Shown: positions 39,131 to 49,526 of the stretch, in pieces
Position numbering within the stretch: position 1 is the stretch's first letter
Layout: each line of letters starts with the position of its first letter
DNA from: an uncultured Acidobacteriota bacterium
GTDB taxonomy: Bacteria > Acidobacteriota > DATKUA01
DNA length: 64,000 bases
Direction: 5' to 3'
NCBI GenBank assembly: GCA_964408025.1
Contig: CAYOXX010000001.1
Coordinates: 7,627 to 71,626 of the forward strand
The notes under the pieces: model-generated
What the model was told of the DNA's origin: nothing
The model's input: only the letters and a program-made list of their open reading frames with translations
The model's database searches: none
Position numbers and translations under genes: made by a program

Positions 39131-40492
39131 GTGATGGCCTCCCCGCGATACCTGATACACACATTCGGCTGCCAGATGAATGTGCACGACTCCGAGCACC
39201 TGGCGGGCTTGCTGGAGAGCATCGGCTACCTGCCGGCGAGTGAGGAGGCGGAAGCGGATATCATCCTGCTGAATACCTGCAGCGTGCGCGAAAAGGCCGA
39301 CCAGAAGCTCTTCTCCAGGTTGGGCCGCGTTGGCGAACTTAAGCTGTCTAAGCCCGGCCTCGTCGTCTGTGTCTGCGGATGCACTGCTCAGAGAGAGGGC
39401 GTGGCTCTCTTCCGCAGGGCTCCGTTCGTCGACATCGTTCTCGGCACGCGCACCGTCGCGAGGCTCCCGGTCGTCCTGCGCGAACTCCTTCAGCGAAGGG
39501 AGGACGGTCGCTCCGCGAGCAGGTGCCGGCGATGCTGCGTCGAGTTGTCTACGGACATCGGCGACGTATCCGTCTACGTCAGGTCGTCCGCCGCAGTAGC
39601 CTACGTTACGATCATGGAGGGCTGCGATAACTATTGCAGCTACTGCATCGTACCCTTCGTACGCGGGCGCGAGGTGAGCAGATCGTCCGTCAGCATTCTG
39701 GACGAAGTCAGGGGCCTTGCAGCGGAGGGGTACCGCGAAGTCCATCTGCTGGGGCAGAACGTCAACTCATATTTCGACACGGCCGCAGAGGTGAGCTTTG
39801 CCGACCTGCTCGGCCGCGTTTCAAGTGTAGGCGGCATCAGCAGGATACGCTTCATCACTTCCCACCCGAAGGATCTTAACGAAGAGATAATCGCCGCCAT
39901 GGCGAATAACGACAACATCTGCAACGCCATTCATCTCCCTCCCCAGAGCGGGAGCAACAGGATCCTGAAAGCGATGAACAGAGGCTACACACGCGAGCGT
40001 TATCTAGAGGCCACATATTTATTAAAGCGAAACTTGAAGAACATATCTGTTTCGGGCGATATTATTACCGGATTTCCGGGCGAAAACGGCCTCGACTTCA
40101 AGCAAACTCTAGATTTAGTGAGAGAAGTCGGCTTCTCGCAGCTATTCACGTTCATCTACTCTCCGCGCCCCGGTACGGCTGCCGAGCACCTTGTCGACGA
40201 TGTCCCGCGCGAGGTTAAGATCGACAGGCTACACCGACTTCAGGAGCTGCAAAACAGTATCCAGCTTGAGCGTCACCGGAAAATGATTGGTAGCAAGCTG
40301 GAGGTTCTCATCGAGGGGGAATCGGCGCGCGGCGGAGGACAGGCTACCGGCCGAACGGAGGGGAACACCATAGTTAACATCGACGATTGCGACAAGCCAG
40401 CGAGCAGTATCGTTCTCGTTTCGATAACCGATGCCGGCGTACATAGCTTGAAGGGCAGAATCGGCGGCCACCTTGACAAAAGGAACATCTAA
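39131..40492 (+). CDS. miaB: tRNA-2-methylthio-N6-dimethylallyladenosine synthase MiaB
   Basis: It has the MiaB-type N-terminal MTTase motif (IHTFGCQMNVHDSE), radical-SAM CxxxCxxC (EGCDNYCSYC) and a C-terminal TRAM domain. Confidence 0.85.
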   Translation: MMASPRYLIHTFGCQMNVHDSEHLAGLLESIGYLPASEEAEADIILLNTCSVREKADQKLFSRLGRVGELKLSKPGLVVCVCGCTAQREGVALFRRAPFVDIVLGTRTVARLPVVLRELLQRREDGRSASRCRRCCVELSTDIGDVSVYVRSSAAVAYVTIMEGCDNYCSYCIVPFVRGREVSRSSVSILDEVRGLAAEGYREVHLLGQNVNSYFDTAAEVSFADLLGRVSSVGGISRIRFITSHPKDLNEEIIAAMANNDNICNAIHLPPQSGSNRILKAMNRGYTRERYLEATYLLKRNLKNISVSGDIITGFPGENGLDFKQTLDLVREVGFSQLFTFIYSPRPGTAAEHLVDDVPREVKIDRLHRLQELQNSIQLERHRKMIGSKLEVLIEGESARGGGQATGRTEGNTIVNIDDCDKPASSIVLVSITDAGVHSLKGRIGGHLDKRNI

Positions 40493-40525
40493 GACCTAAA
40501 ATATACTTAAATAAAGGGGATAGCG

Positions 40526-41011
40526 ATGCTAATCGAGATGCGTATCAAGAGCCTGATGATCGATCCGATAAACGAGATGCCGATTGTGGTTTTGATGGAC
40601 TCCGAAGGCAAGAAGCTACTGCCAATCTGGGTTGGTTTCTTCGAGGCCAACGCTATCGCCCTCAAGATAGAGGATGTTCAGACTCCCAGGCCGATGACCC
40701 ATGATCTGATCAAGAACATGCTCGAAGAGCTTGGGATGTCGCTGAAGCGTATCGAAATAAACAAGCTCGAAGACAGCACCTATTTCGCCAACATCTTCTT
40801 GGACATGAAAGGCAAGGAGTATAAAGTCGATTCCCGCCCCAGCGACGCAATCGCGCTCGCCCTCCGCATGGCTTGCCCGATAATGGTCGACGACCAGGTG
40901 ATCGAGGCCGCCAGCGGTTTCGAGATCTCCAGCGATCCGCAGCAGCGCGAGAAGCTGAAGAAGTGGCTGGAGAACCTGGACGTAGATGCATTCGGTAAAT
41001 ATAAAATGTAA
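40526..41011 (+). CDS. Bifunctional nuclease (BFN/DUF151) family protein
   Basis: 161 aa. IDPINEMPIVVLMDSEGKKLLPIWVGFFEANAIAL...RPMTHDL...SRPSDAIALALR fits the DUF151 pattern. Confidence 0.65.
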   Translation: MLIEMRIKSLMIDPINEMPIVVLMDSEGKKLLPIWVGFFEANAIALKIEDVQTPRPMTHDLIKNMLEELGMSLKRIEINKLEDSTYFANIFLDMKGKEYKVDSRPSDAIALALRMACPIMVDDQVIEAASGFEISSDPQQREKLKKWLENLDVDAFGKYKM

Positions 41012-41100
41012 CCCATCGCCACCACGCCTCCATGGCGTGCCTTCGCGGCTCGATATGTAGTAGGCTTTCCTCCGCCCCCACGAGATCTGGTAGTAAAACC

Positions 41101-41129
41101 TTGACTACTCGACCAGTCGGCAGTACTAT
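41101..41129 (+). promoter_or_regulatory. Candidate sigma70 promoter for parAB
   Basis: TTGACT, a 17-nt spacer, then TACTAT, ~40 nt upstream of the parA GTG. Confidence 0.35.
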
Positions 41130-41166
41130 TCTATTGATCTGATTCGGGACAGGCGAGGGGATAGGT

Positions 41167-41943
41167 GTGGCTTTGATCGTAACGATAGCCAACCAGAAGG
41201 GTGGCGTGGGGAAGACGATCACCTCGATCAACCTGGCTGCGGCTTTGGGCGCGCAGCGTTGCAAGACCCTTCTCGTAGACATGGACCCGCAGGGGCATTC
41301 CTCCCTCAGCTTCATCGACAAGCTGGACGGCCGCCTATCGATCCAATCAGTCTTCAGGGGCGAGGCTTCACTGGTCGACGTCATTCGGCCGGTGACAGAC
41401 GAGAATATTGATATCCTACCCTCCAGCATCGCCCTGTCGAAAGTTGAAAGGGATCTGGTGACCGAGATCGACGGCCACTTCAAGCTTAAGGACCTCATCG
41501 TCCAGGTGGCAGGCGATTACGATTTCGTAATCATTGACACGCCGCCTGCTCTGGGGATGCTGACGATTAACTGTCTGGTGGCCACGGACTACGTCATCAT
41601 ACCTATCCAGTCATCATACCTGAGCCTGGAGGGCACCGATGACCTGCTGGAGACTATTCAGAAGATACGGAACAGATTAAATCCGAAACTGCGCATCCTC
41701 GGTGCCCTGATTACCATACACGATCGCCGCACGATCCTCGGAAAGGACATCAAGAATCGCATCAAGGAGGTGTTCAGCAAGCAGGTGTTCTCCACCATCA
41801 TCCACCGCGCGGTAAGGCTGGAGGAGTGCCCTGCCTACCGCGAGTCGATATTCCGCTACGCTCCGAAGTCGGCGAGCGCAGAGGAGTACCGGCGTCTTGG
41901 TAAGGAGGTGATTAAGCGTGTCGGTACGTCGCGGTCTGCCTGA
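41167..41943 (+). CDS. parA: Chromosome partitioning ATPase ParA/Soj
   Basis: It has a deviant Walker A (KGGVGKTIT) and ...LLVDMDPQG.... It has a GTG start with a GAGGGG RBS. Confidence 0.85.
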   Translation: MALIVTIANQKGGVGKTITSINLAAALGAQRCKTLLVDMDPQGHSSLSFIDKLDGRLSIQSVFRGEASLVDVIRPVTDENIDILPSSIALSKVERDLVTEIDGHFKLKDLIVQVAGDYDFVIIDTPPALGMLTINCLVATDYVIIPIQSSYLSLEGTDDLLETIQKIRNRLNPKLRILGALITIHDRRTILGKDIKNRIKEVFSKQVFSTIIHRAVRLEECPAYRESIFRYAPKSASAEEYRRLGKEVIKRVGTSRSA

Positions 41944-42742
41944 GGTGTTGCAGCCTCGCTACGATAAGCACTACGTAGAGAGCCTTGGGGATCCGCTGCC
42001 CGAGCCACTGGGGCAGATGGTCCCAGTGAGCGACATAGTCGTGAACAGGGACCAGCCACGGTTTTCCCTTGGCGACCTCTCGGGCTTGAAGAGGTCGATC
42101 GAATCGAAGGGGATTATCGAACCGATAATTGTCCGCAGGCTGGATAGGGGGGACAAGTACCAGATAATCTCGGGCGAGCGCCGCTACTCGGCTGCCGTGG
42201 AGTTAGGTCTGCTTGAAATCCCCTGCGTGATTCGCGATGCGGACGACAAGGAGACGCTGGAGTTAGCCCTCATCGAGAACCTGCAGCGTAAAGACCTGAC
42301 TCCGTTCGAGGAAGCCGACGGTCTCAAGCAGTTGGTGGAGCGGTACGGTTTTTCGCACGAGAGGATTGCCAGGAGGATTGGCAAGTCACGCAGTTCTATA
42401 ACGGAAAGCCTCAGCCTGGCTCGCATACCGGCCGATGTCCGCAGCCTGTGCGGAAGCCACGGCATAGAGGCCAAGTCGATGTTGCTTCAGCTGGCGAGGC
42501 AGGAGACCGCTCCAGACATGCTTAGCCTCGCCGAGAGCATCATTAACCGCGGCATCACGCGCAGGGAGGCGCGCTCGTTCAGGCCCAGGATGGCGACTGC
42601 CAGACCGAAGCCGTTCACGTTTCGCTACAAGCCCCCGGATAAGTCCTACGCCGTTACGGTGCGCTTCAGCAAGACGGAGGTATCGCAGGAGGAAGTGACG
42701 GCGGCCTTGAAGGAGGCAACCCGGAAAGCATCGGGAGAATAA
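41918..42742 (+). CDS. parB: Chromosome partitioning protein ParB/Spo0J
   Basis: It has the ParB box (GIIEPIIVRR...YQIISGERRYSAA) and an HTH. It overlaps the parA 3' end. Confidence 0.85.
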   Translation: MSVRRGLPEVLQPRYDKHYVESLGDPLPEPLGQMVPVSDIVVNRDQPRFSLGDLSGLKRSIESKGIIEPIIVRRLDRGDKYQIISGERRYSAAVELGLLEIPCVIRDADDKETLELALIENLQRKDLTPFEEADGLKQLVERYGFSHERIARRIGKSRSSITESLSLARIPADVRSLCGSHGIEAKSMLLQLARQETAPDMLSLAESIINRGITRREARSFRPRMATARPKPFTFRYKPPDKSYAVTVRFSKTEVSQEEVTAALKEATRKASGE

Positions 42743-42855
42743 AGTCGGCACGCCGACAGATAAATTAATACTTTTAAAGAAATTTGTTGTAGCCGCTGCG
42801 TTGTAGTAGAGAAGCTGGTTACAGAAGGTGGCGCGCTGCTATTTATTGAAGTAGT

Positions 42856-43122
42856 TTATGAAGTCGCTCGGTGCAGGCTGGCAACGAGGCGCGACTTTAT
42901 GCGGGCCGCTTTATTAGGGTGAATGATTCCCCGTTTGCTCGTCTTGTCGATCGTCGAGTAAGTACCGTCCAGTAGGGAGCGCGCTCCTTCGAAATCGCCC
43001 TCGGCGAGACGTCTACGAAACCTCTTGATAGCGGTTCGCATTCGGCTCCGGTGAGATCGATTTATAGCCTGCCTTTTGATGTTCTGGCGGTTACGCTTAA
43101 TAGCGGATTTGATGTTCGCCAT
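42856..43122 (-). CDS. rpsT: 30S ribosomal protein S20
   Basis: MANIKSAIKRNRQNIKRQAINRSHRSRMRTAIK is the S20 N-terminus. AGAGAGGA sits upstream. The track ORF starts further upstream at 43182. Confidence 0.85.
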   Translation of the reverse strand: MANIKSAIKRNRQNIKRQAINRSHRSRMRTAIKRFRRRLAEGDFEGARSLLDGTYSTIDKTSKRGIIHPNKAARIKSRLVASLHRATS

Positions 43123-43323
43123 CTCAGTCCTCTCTACTTCAAAGCGGTGCGGGAGTATAGGTAAGGCGTTCGCTCGTGTCAAGTGATTTCACTCCAAGCA
43201 ATTGCGGGGGCGTTGAGTTGCGGCTACAATCGGCGGACGCTGCAAACCCGATTGATCGAACACGGTTTGGAGAGACGATCCGAGAGAGTGAGCGACACAC
43301 GACCATCTGACGTGAAGGGGACG

Positions 43324-44907
43324 GTGCTGGAGGAGGGGCACAGGCGCCTGCTGCGCTCGGCCGGCGTGATGAGCCTGATGACGGCTACCAGCCGGATATT
43401 CGGCCTCGTTCGCGACATGTCGATGGCCTCGCTCCTGGGCACCGGCACCGGCATGGACGCCTTCCGCGTCGGCAACGTCATCCCGAACATGCTGCGGCGG
43501 CTCCTGGGCGAGGGTGCGATGACCGCGGCCTTCGTGCCGACCTTTGCCGAGCAGGCAAAGGACGGCGACAAGGAGAAGCTCTGGCGCTTCGTCAGCACCT
43601 TCTTCTGCACATTTGCACTGGTGCTGCTGGTCGTCGCCGCGCTTGGGGTGGCGCTCTCGCCGCTGCTGGTAGACCTGATTACCCAGGAAGGCGGCTTTGA
43701 CGCGGTGCCGGGCAAGGTCGAGCTGACGATAAGCCTGAACCAGCTAATGTTCCCATACATCTTCTTCATCGGCTTGGCCGCGGTGGCGATGGCCGTCCTC
43801 AACTCGCTGGGAAGCTTCGGGCCGCCGGCCTTCACGCCGGTGCTGCTAAACCTCAGCATCATCGTCTGCGGCTGGGCCTTCGCCTCCACATTCGTCAGCC
43901 CGGCCTACGGCTTCGCCATCGGAGTGCTGCTCGGCGGGCTGGCGCAGTTCCTCTTCCAGCTGCCGTTCATGCGACGCTATGGCGTGAGATTCAGATTCAG
44001 AATTTCGTTTACCGACCCAGCAGTGCGCCAGGTATTCCGCCTGATGCTGCCGGGGCTGTTCGCCGTCGGCGTAACGCAGATAAATATCTTCATCGCCACG
44101 CGGGTACTCACCGGGCTCGAGGAGGGCGCGACGGCCGGCATCTACTACTCCGATCGCCTGATGGAGCTTACGCTCGGGATTTTTGCCATCTCGGTGGCCA
44201 CGGTAATACTGCCGCTGCTGAGCAGGCAGGCGGCCGCAGGAGACAAGGCAGCGATGCGGGGGACGCTGTCGATGGCGATCCGGATGGTCGCCTACATAAC
44301 GCTGCCGGCTTCGGTGGGCCTGATCGTACTGCGCGAGCCGATAGTTAGCATCGTTTTCCAGCGCGGAGCATTCGACCGGCGTTCGCTGGAGCTGACCGCA
44401 GAACCGCTGATCTACTTCAGCCTGGGGCTTTTACTCTTCGCGCTCATCAAGGTCCTGGCGCCCGCCTTCTACGCACTCAAGGAGATGAAGATCCCGGTTA
44501 TGATCAGCGCCGGCGACATGGTCCTCAATGTCACTCTCTGCTATATCCTGAGCGTCTTCATGGGCAACTCCGGCATCGCCCTGGCGCTCAGCTGCGGCGC
44601 CGCGCTCAACGTTACGTTGCTGCTTATCGTTTTCGTGCGTCGCCACGGGAAGCTGCGTTTCGGCGAGATTGGCGCTTCGCTGACCAGGATCGCCGCTGCG
44701 GCCCTGGCGATGGGGCTCTTCTGCTGGGGCGCTGCCGAATGGCTCGGGCTTGCCGCGATGCCCAACGGCTGGACGAAGATCGGCCTCACGCTGGGAACGA
44801 TAGCCGCAGCGGTACTGGTTTTCGCCGCCATCGGCCGCCTGCTGCGGGTGCGAGAGTCGGCGGAGCTGATCTCGATGTTCCGCCGGCGGAATGCGGAGCG
44901 GGAATGA
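43324..44907 (+). CDS. murJ: Lipid II flippase MurJ (MviN)
   Basis: The conserved N-terminal MurJ region reads ...LMTATSRIFGLVRDMSMASLLGTGTGMDAFRVGNVIPNMLRRLLGEGAMTAAFVPTFAE. It has ~14 TM helices. The start is ambiguous: GTG at 43324 or ATG at 43369. Confidence 0.8.
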   Translation: MLEEGHRRLLRSAGVMSLMTATSRIFGLVRDMSMASLLGTGTGMDAFRVGNVIPNMLRRLLGEGAMTAAFVPTFAEQAKDGDKEKLWRFVSTFFCTFALVLLVVAALGVALSPLLVDLITQEGGFDAVPGKVELTISLNQLMFPYIFFIGLAAVAMAVLNSLGSFGPPAFTPVLLNLSIIVCGWAFASTFVSPAYGFAIGVLLGGLAQFLFQLPFMRRYGVRFRFRISFTDPAVRQVFRLMLPGLFAVGVTQINIFIATRVLTGLEEGATAGIYYSDRLMELTLGIFAISVATVILPLLSRQAAAGDKAAMRGTLSMAIRMVAYITLPASVGLIVLREPIVSIVFQRGAFDRRSLELTAEPLIYFSLGLLLFALIKVLAPAFYALKEMKIPVMISAGDMVLNVTLCYILSVFMGNSGIALALSCGAALNVTLLLIVFVRRHGKLRFGEIGASLTRIAAAALAMGLFCWGAAEWLGLAAMPNGWTKIGLTLGTIAAAVLVFAAIGRLLRVRESAELISMFRRRNAERE

Positions 44908-45353
44908 AGATAGTTTACCAGCGCGTTAGCAGTGCCTCGGTGCGGATAGAAGGGGAGCGGCACGCGGTGATCGGTCCGGGAGCGCTGCTGCTGCTGGCGG
45001 TGGAGAAGGGCGACGACGAAGCGACGCTCTCCTGGGGCGCGCGCAAGTGCGCTGAGCTGCGGGCCTTCGAGGACGAGGAGCGGAAGATGAACCGCTCGCT
45101 GCTCGAGGTGGGTGGCGAGGCGCTGGTGGTATCGCAGTTCACGCTGGCGGCGCGGGTGCGCAAGGGCAGGCGCCCCAGTTTCGACAGAGCAGCGGAGCCG
45201 CACGAGGCCCACAGGCTATACGATTTTTTCTGCAGCGAACTCGAGCATCTGGGCCTCCTAATAAGCACCGGCGTTTTCGGGGCCATGATGGACGTGGAGC
45301 TCGTCAACGCCGGTCCGGTCACCTTCATCATCGAGCGCGGCAAAGATGGATGA
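44904..45353 (+). CDS. dtd: D-aminoacyl-tRNA deacylase
   Basis: [18 protein letters not shown]... is the DTD N-terminus, and the SQFTL and NAGPVT motifs are present. Its ATG overlaps the murJ stop (ATGA). Confidence 0.85.
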   Translation: MKIVYQRVSSASVRIEGERHAVIGPGALLLLAVEKGDDEATLSWGARKCAELRAFEDEERKMNRSLLEVGGEALVVSQFTLAARVRKGRRPSFDRAAEPHEAHRLYDFFCSELEHLGLLISTGVFGAMMDVELVNAGPVTFIIERGKDG

Positions 45354-46257
45354 CGAGCGCCTGATAGACCTCTTCATCGAGAGCGCCTTGGCCGAACGCG
45401 GCCTCGCTGCGAACACCGTCTCCGCGTATCGCCGCGACCTTCTCAAGCTGCTCGACCACGCCCGTGAGCGCGGCCTCTCGCTCGTCGGCCTGGATCGGGA
45501 CGATCTTGCTGACTGGCTGGCGTTTCTGAGGCAAGGGGGCGGGGGAGAAGGCAGGGGAGTGTCGGCGCGGACGGCAGCGCGCGCGCTTTCGACGTTGCGG
45601 CAGTTCTACCGCTTTCTGCAGAGTGAAGGGGAGATTGAGGAGAATCCCACCGGAACGATCCCGTCGCCGCGCCTGCCCCGCAGGCTGCCCGAGGTTCTCG
45701 ACGAGAAAGAAGTGGAGGCGCTGCTACGCGCGCCAGACCTCTCTAAGCCGCTCGGCCTGCGCGACCGCGCCATGCTGGAGACGCTTTACGCCACCGGCTT
45801 ACGGATTTCGGAGCTGGTTTCTATTCGCCTCGACCAGCTCCGCTCCGACATGATGCCCTACCTGCTCGTGCTCGGGAAGCGGGACAAGGAGAGGATCGTG
45901 CCGTTGGGTGGCGAGGCCTACCGGCACGTAGAGCGCTACGCCAGCAAGGGGAGGGGAAAGATACTGAAGCAGCGCTCCAGTCCCTACCTCTTTGTCACCG
46001 GCAGGGGCGGAGCGGTCTCGCGAAAGACTTTCTGGGCGGCGCTGCGGCGCTACGCCCGCATGGCCGGGATCAAGGGGAGCGTTTACCCGCACAAGCTGCG
46101 CCACAGCTTCGCCACCCACCTGCTCGAGCACGGCGCCGACCTGCGCTCTGTCCAGACACTGCTCGGCCACAGCGACATCACCACCACCCAGATCTACACC
46201 CACGTCAACCGCGAGCGCCTGCGACGCCTCTACAACAAGACACATCCGAGGAAATAA
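45346..46257 (+). CDS. xerD: Tyrosine recombinase XerD/XerC (chromosome dimer resolution)
   Basis: 303 aa. ...RRDLLKL... is the core-binding domain. The catalytic R..H.R...Y ends ...[39 protein letters not shown]. It is embedded among housekeeping genes with no phage or IS neighbours. Confidence 0.75.
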   Translation: MDDERLIDLFIESALAERGLAANTVSAYRRDLLKLLDHARERGLSLVGLDRDDLADWLAFLRQGGGGEGRGVSARTAARALSTLRQFYRFLQSEGEIEENPTGTIPSPRLPRRLPEVLDEKEVEALLRAPDLSKPLGLRDRAMLETLYATGLRISELVSIRLDQLRSDMMPYLLVLGKRDKERIVPLGGEAYRHVERYASKGRGKILKQRSSPYLFVTGRGGAVSRKTFWAALRRYARMAGIKGSVYPHKLRHSFATHLLEHGADLRSVQTLLGHSDITTTQIYTHVNRERLRRLYNKTHPRK

Positions 46258-46301
46258 CTGAATATTTGGCGCCAGCTCAGTGGCTGTAATGTCTAATTCG
46301 G

Positions 46302-48983
46302 CTAGCTGCGCAGTGTAGCGAAGAGCAGGATCCCGATGCCGAGGAAGACGATGTTGGGTGACCAGGCGGCCAGAATCGCGGGCAGTAACCCGGTCTGACC
46401 GAGGGCGCGGAAGAGGCTCATCATTCCCCAGAAGACGATCACGAAGCCGATGGAGATGAAGATGCCTGTCAGGGCTCCGGCGCGCTTGGCGGTGCCGAAG
46501 GCGAAAGGTAAGCCAAGCAATGTCATCACCAGCGGCAGGAACGGGAAGCTGATCTTCCAGTGCAGGTCGAACTGCTCGCGCGTGGTGGGGAATCCGTAGG
46601 TGCTGAGCGTGTCGATGTACTCGCTGAGTTCCAGGAAGCTCATCTGGTCCGAAGGCTTGACGTCCTGGCCGAAATATGCGGGGGATTCCGACATCGGCAG
46701 AGCTCGGGGGGAGGTGAACTCCTCCGCTTCGCTGTGGATGCCGCTGTAGTCGATGCTCCAGCCCCTTTCCGACACCCAGGACTCCTCGTCACCGTCCCAG
46801 AGCGCCTGGCGGGCATAGACGCGGCTCCTGAGGCTGAGGGCATCCGGCTCGATCTCGAACAGGTGGAGCTCGTCCAGCTCGCGCCGGTCCTCGTCGTACT
46901 TATGGAAGTAGTAGATACGGTTGCGGTCGGCGCCGAGCACCCATCGGTTGGTCGGGTCGCGCGTGGTCTGCACGGGGCGGTTGCGGATAATCCCCTTGAT
47001 CTCCGCCAGGCGCTGCGCGGTAGCCGGGATGGTAGAGTCGAGGTTGTAGAAACTCAGAGTGCTAACCAGCAGGGCCATCACGATCACCGGCACCGAGAGG
47101 CGGTAGATGCTTACTCCGGACGATTTGAAGGCCAGAACTTCGGCGTTCTTGCTCAGGATCCCGAGAGCGATCATGGTGCCCATGAGCGCGGAGATCGGAA
47201 TGACCCAGCGGGTCGTCTCCGGGGCATTGAATATGAAGTAGTCGACCAGTATAGCGGGATCGACGTTGTTCTTCTGGATATCGTTGTTGATGTCGATGAA
47301 CTGCACGAGACTGAAGACCAGGTAGACTACGACGAAGACGAGCAGAAACATCATGACGAACATCTTCATGATGTAGCGGTCGACGATCTGCGGGAATCCA
47401 ATCATCCTGCCCAGACGCGGCTCGTGAGCCTTCGACTCGTCCGCATCCCGTTCGGCGCGTCTTTCGACTCCAAGTGATTCCTTTGGGCCCGCTTCCTCCT
47501 GTTCCTCCTGCGTCCGCAGGCGGTATAGGAAGTTGCCGAGGCCCGGCACACGCAACTCCGCCCTGCGCCGCAGTAAGAGAGCTACCGCCAGGAGGCCGAA
47601 GATGATGTTGGGCGCCCAGATGCCGAGGGCGGGGGAGACCCTTTCGTAGATCGCCAGGCGCTCGCCTGTCGAGAGTATTCCCCAGTAGATGACGAATAGT
47701 GTGATACCGACTACGTAGCCGTAGGCCTTGCCGCCCCTGCGGTAGCTGAGGCCGAGCGGCATGCCCAGCAGCACAAAGATGATGCAGGTGAACGGTATGG
47801 CGAACTTCTTGTGGATCTCGATCCAGTAGCCGTTGGTTTTGCTGCGGATCACTCGCGGTGTTATCAGCTGGAGATCCGGTGACAGCTCGACGTTTGCATC
47901 CAGGGCGAACGTTAATCTCCTGCTGGCGAAATCGGCTACCGAGAAGCCGTGTTCTAGCACCGTCTCGCCGCCGTGCTCGAGCACGAGACGCAGCGGCCGG
48001 TCCTCGTAGCCAGGACCCAGCCGTAGCGGGACATCTAGTATCATCTCTCTGCCGCCGGTGGGCGGGATCTCGACTGTTGCCGAGGCGACCGGTTCGCCGG
48101 CCTCGTCGATGTAGATATCCAGGATCTGCGGCGAGCCGGAGCGGTTGCGCAGCTGTGTCCTGAAGGTAACGAGGTTTTCGTCGCGGTCGATATCTGCCAG
48201 CAGCTCCTGTATCGTCTTCGAGCGATTGTCCTTGGCCTGCCGCATGCGCTCGTCGATGATGTCAGATTCCATCAGGTGGAAAATGCTGGTGCCGCCGCGG
48301 GCCACCTGCGTGGGGCTTTCGAGGTCGTCGCGGGGAAATGTATAGCTGTGAAAATCCCTCACGTAGAGGTCGAATGTGTTGGAATCGTTCTGCTGAATCA
48401 GCCAGGCCTCGCGGGCAATTGTTGCCTTGGGGTTGCGGGGGTCGGAGCTGTCGAAGACGAAAACACGCTGCCATATTTTTGTCCGGGGGTCTATTTCGTT
48501 CACGTAGATGATGAAGCCCGGGAAGTCCTCGTTGAAGACTCTTGGCTGTACTTCGCTGGCGACAACTTCCGAGGTGTGTTCGATGACTATCTGGCCGTAG
48601 GCCTCGTTTGCCCATGGCACAGCCAGAGCCAGCAGCCAGGTGTTCGCCAGCCAGGCGACGGCTGCGAAGCCAAGCAGCGGGAAGATGTATGAGTGGCCGC
48701 TGACGCCGCTGGAGGTGAGCGCGATGACCTCGCTGTCGGAGCTCAGTCTGTTGAGTCCGACGATTACCCCGAGCAGGATCGACATCGGGATGACGTAGCC
48801 GAGGATAGCCGGGATGCTATAGAGAAGCAGGAGGCCGATCTCGGCTAGCGAGTATTGATGTTCAATCAGCCTCTCGGCCAGCTCGGCGATCGTTCGCATC
48901 AGGAATACGAAGGTGAAGATGGAGAGGGATATCAGCGTCGGGGGAACGACCTCCTTGATCACGTATTTGGAGAATATACGCAT
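46302..48983 (-). CDS. Fused LptF-LptG LPS export permease (two YjgP/YjgQ domains in one 893 aa polypeptide)
   Basis: The N-half reads MRIFSKYVIKEVVPPTLISLSIFTFVFLM... and the second half MIGFPQIVDRYIMKMFVMMFLLVFVVVYLVFSLVQFIDI.... Each has the LptF/G permease pattern with a periplasmic beta-jellyroll insert. Confidence 0.7.
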   Translation of the reverse strand: MRIFSKYVIKEVVPPTLISLSIFTFVFLMRTIAELAERLIEHQYSLAEIGLLLLYSIPAILGYVIPMSILLGVIVGLNRLSSDSEVIALTSSGVSGHSYIFPLLGFAAVAWLANTWLLALAVPWANEAYGQIVIEHTSEVVASEVQPRVFNEDFPGFIIYVNEIDPRTKIWQRVFVFDSSDPRNPKATIAREAWLIQQNDSNTFDLYVRDFHSYTFPRDDLESPTQVARGGTSIFHLMESDIIDERMRQAKDNRSKTIQELLADIDRDENLVTFRTQLRNRSGSPQILDIYIDEAGEPVASATVEIPPTGGREMILDVPLRLGPGYEDRPLRLVLEHGGETVLEHGFSVADFASRRLTFALDANVELSPDLQLITPRVIRSKTNGYWIEIHKKFAIPFTCIIFVLLGMPLGLSYRRGGKAYGYVVGITLFVIYWGILSTGERLAIYERVSPALGIWAPNIIFGLLAVALLLRRRAELRVPGLGNFLYRLRTQEEQEEAGPKESLGVERRAERDADESKAHEPRLGRMIGFPQIVDRYIMKMFVMMFLLVFVVVYLVFSLVQFIDINNDIQKNNVDPAILVDYFIFNAPETTRWVIPISALMGTMIALGILSKNAEVLAFKSSGVSIYRLSVPVIVMALLVSTLSFYNLDSTIPATAQRLAEIKGIIRNRPVQTTRDPTNRWVLGADRNRIYYFHKYDEDRRELDELHLFEIEPDALSLRSRVYARQALWDGDEESWVSERGWSIDYSGIHSEAEEFTSPRALPMSESPAYFGQDVKPSDQMSFLELSEYIDTLSTYGFPTTREQFDLHWKISFPFLPLVMTLLGLPFAFGTAKRAGALTGIFISIGFVIVFWGMMSLFRALGQTGLLPAILAAWSPNIVFLGIGILLFATLRS

Positions 48984-49526
48984 CGTGGCTCCGCAGGCTT
49001 CCGGAGGTTCATTGTAGCGGAGAGATAGCAGGAAGTGTAGGGGGAGGGATCGGAGCGAGGCAGGAGGGCTACACGCCGCGTCCGATAAGATATATTATGT
49101 CTAATAGTTGGGGGATAACTCTTTATTCTTTTATTCTTTATTGGATTATCCGATTAGAATGCCCGCCAGGCACGACCGGGTGGTTAGATCCGCCAGCTAT
49201 GGAGTCAACGTTTTCGCTGTTGGTTTTACTACAGATAACCATCTTTCAGGCTTATCAGGTATTGAAATAACGTATAGCCGCAAAGATTACAAGCGCGCTA
49301 CCTGAACGGACGCGACTACAATAGTGTGAATCTGCAGCGGTTACGCGCGTAGGCAAGGTCCGCCGCGCCCACCTTGGCGCGCCCTGGCGGGGCGAATTAG
49401 CCCTTGAGGGTGAACTATCAATAACAGCATTTTAAGAGAAATGGTATTAACACATCTCCCCCACCCTATGATTGTTAGGTTAGCTGTCGCATCAAACGGA
49501 GGAAAAACGAGACGTGGAGGAAGGGG

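Noticed and set aside
41023-41039. Hairpin CACGCC-TCCAT-GGCGTG after the BFN nuclease gene, as a possible terminator.
   Set aside because: It has a perfect 6-bp stem but no U-tract follows, so it is not a convincing intrinsic terminator. The same applies to GTCGGC-AC-GCCGAC right after parB at ~42744.
41167-42742. parA-parB, possibly indicating a plasmid.
   Set aside because: The surrounding genes are core chromosomal (recN, miaB, rpsT, murJ). I could not find a canonical parS (TGTTTCACGTGAAACA) by eye, but that does not argue for a plasmid.
45346-46257. A tyrosine recombinase, possibly marking an integrated mobile element or prophage.
   Set aside because: The sequence and length fit chromosomal XerD/XerC. 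It lies in a murJ-dtd-xerD run of housekeeping genes with 4-8 nt overlaps. There are no phage, IS or transposase genes, no tRNA target and no flanking direct repeats.
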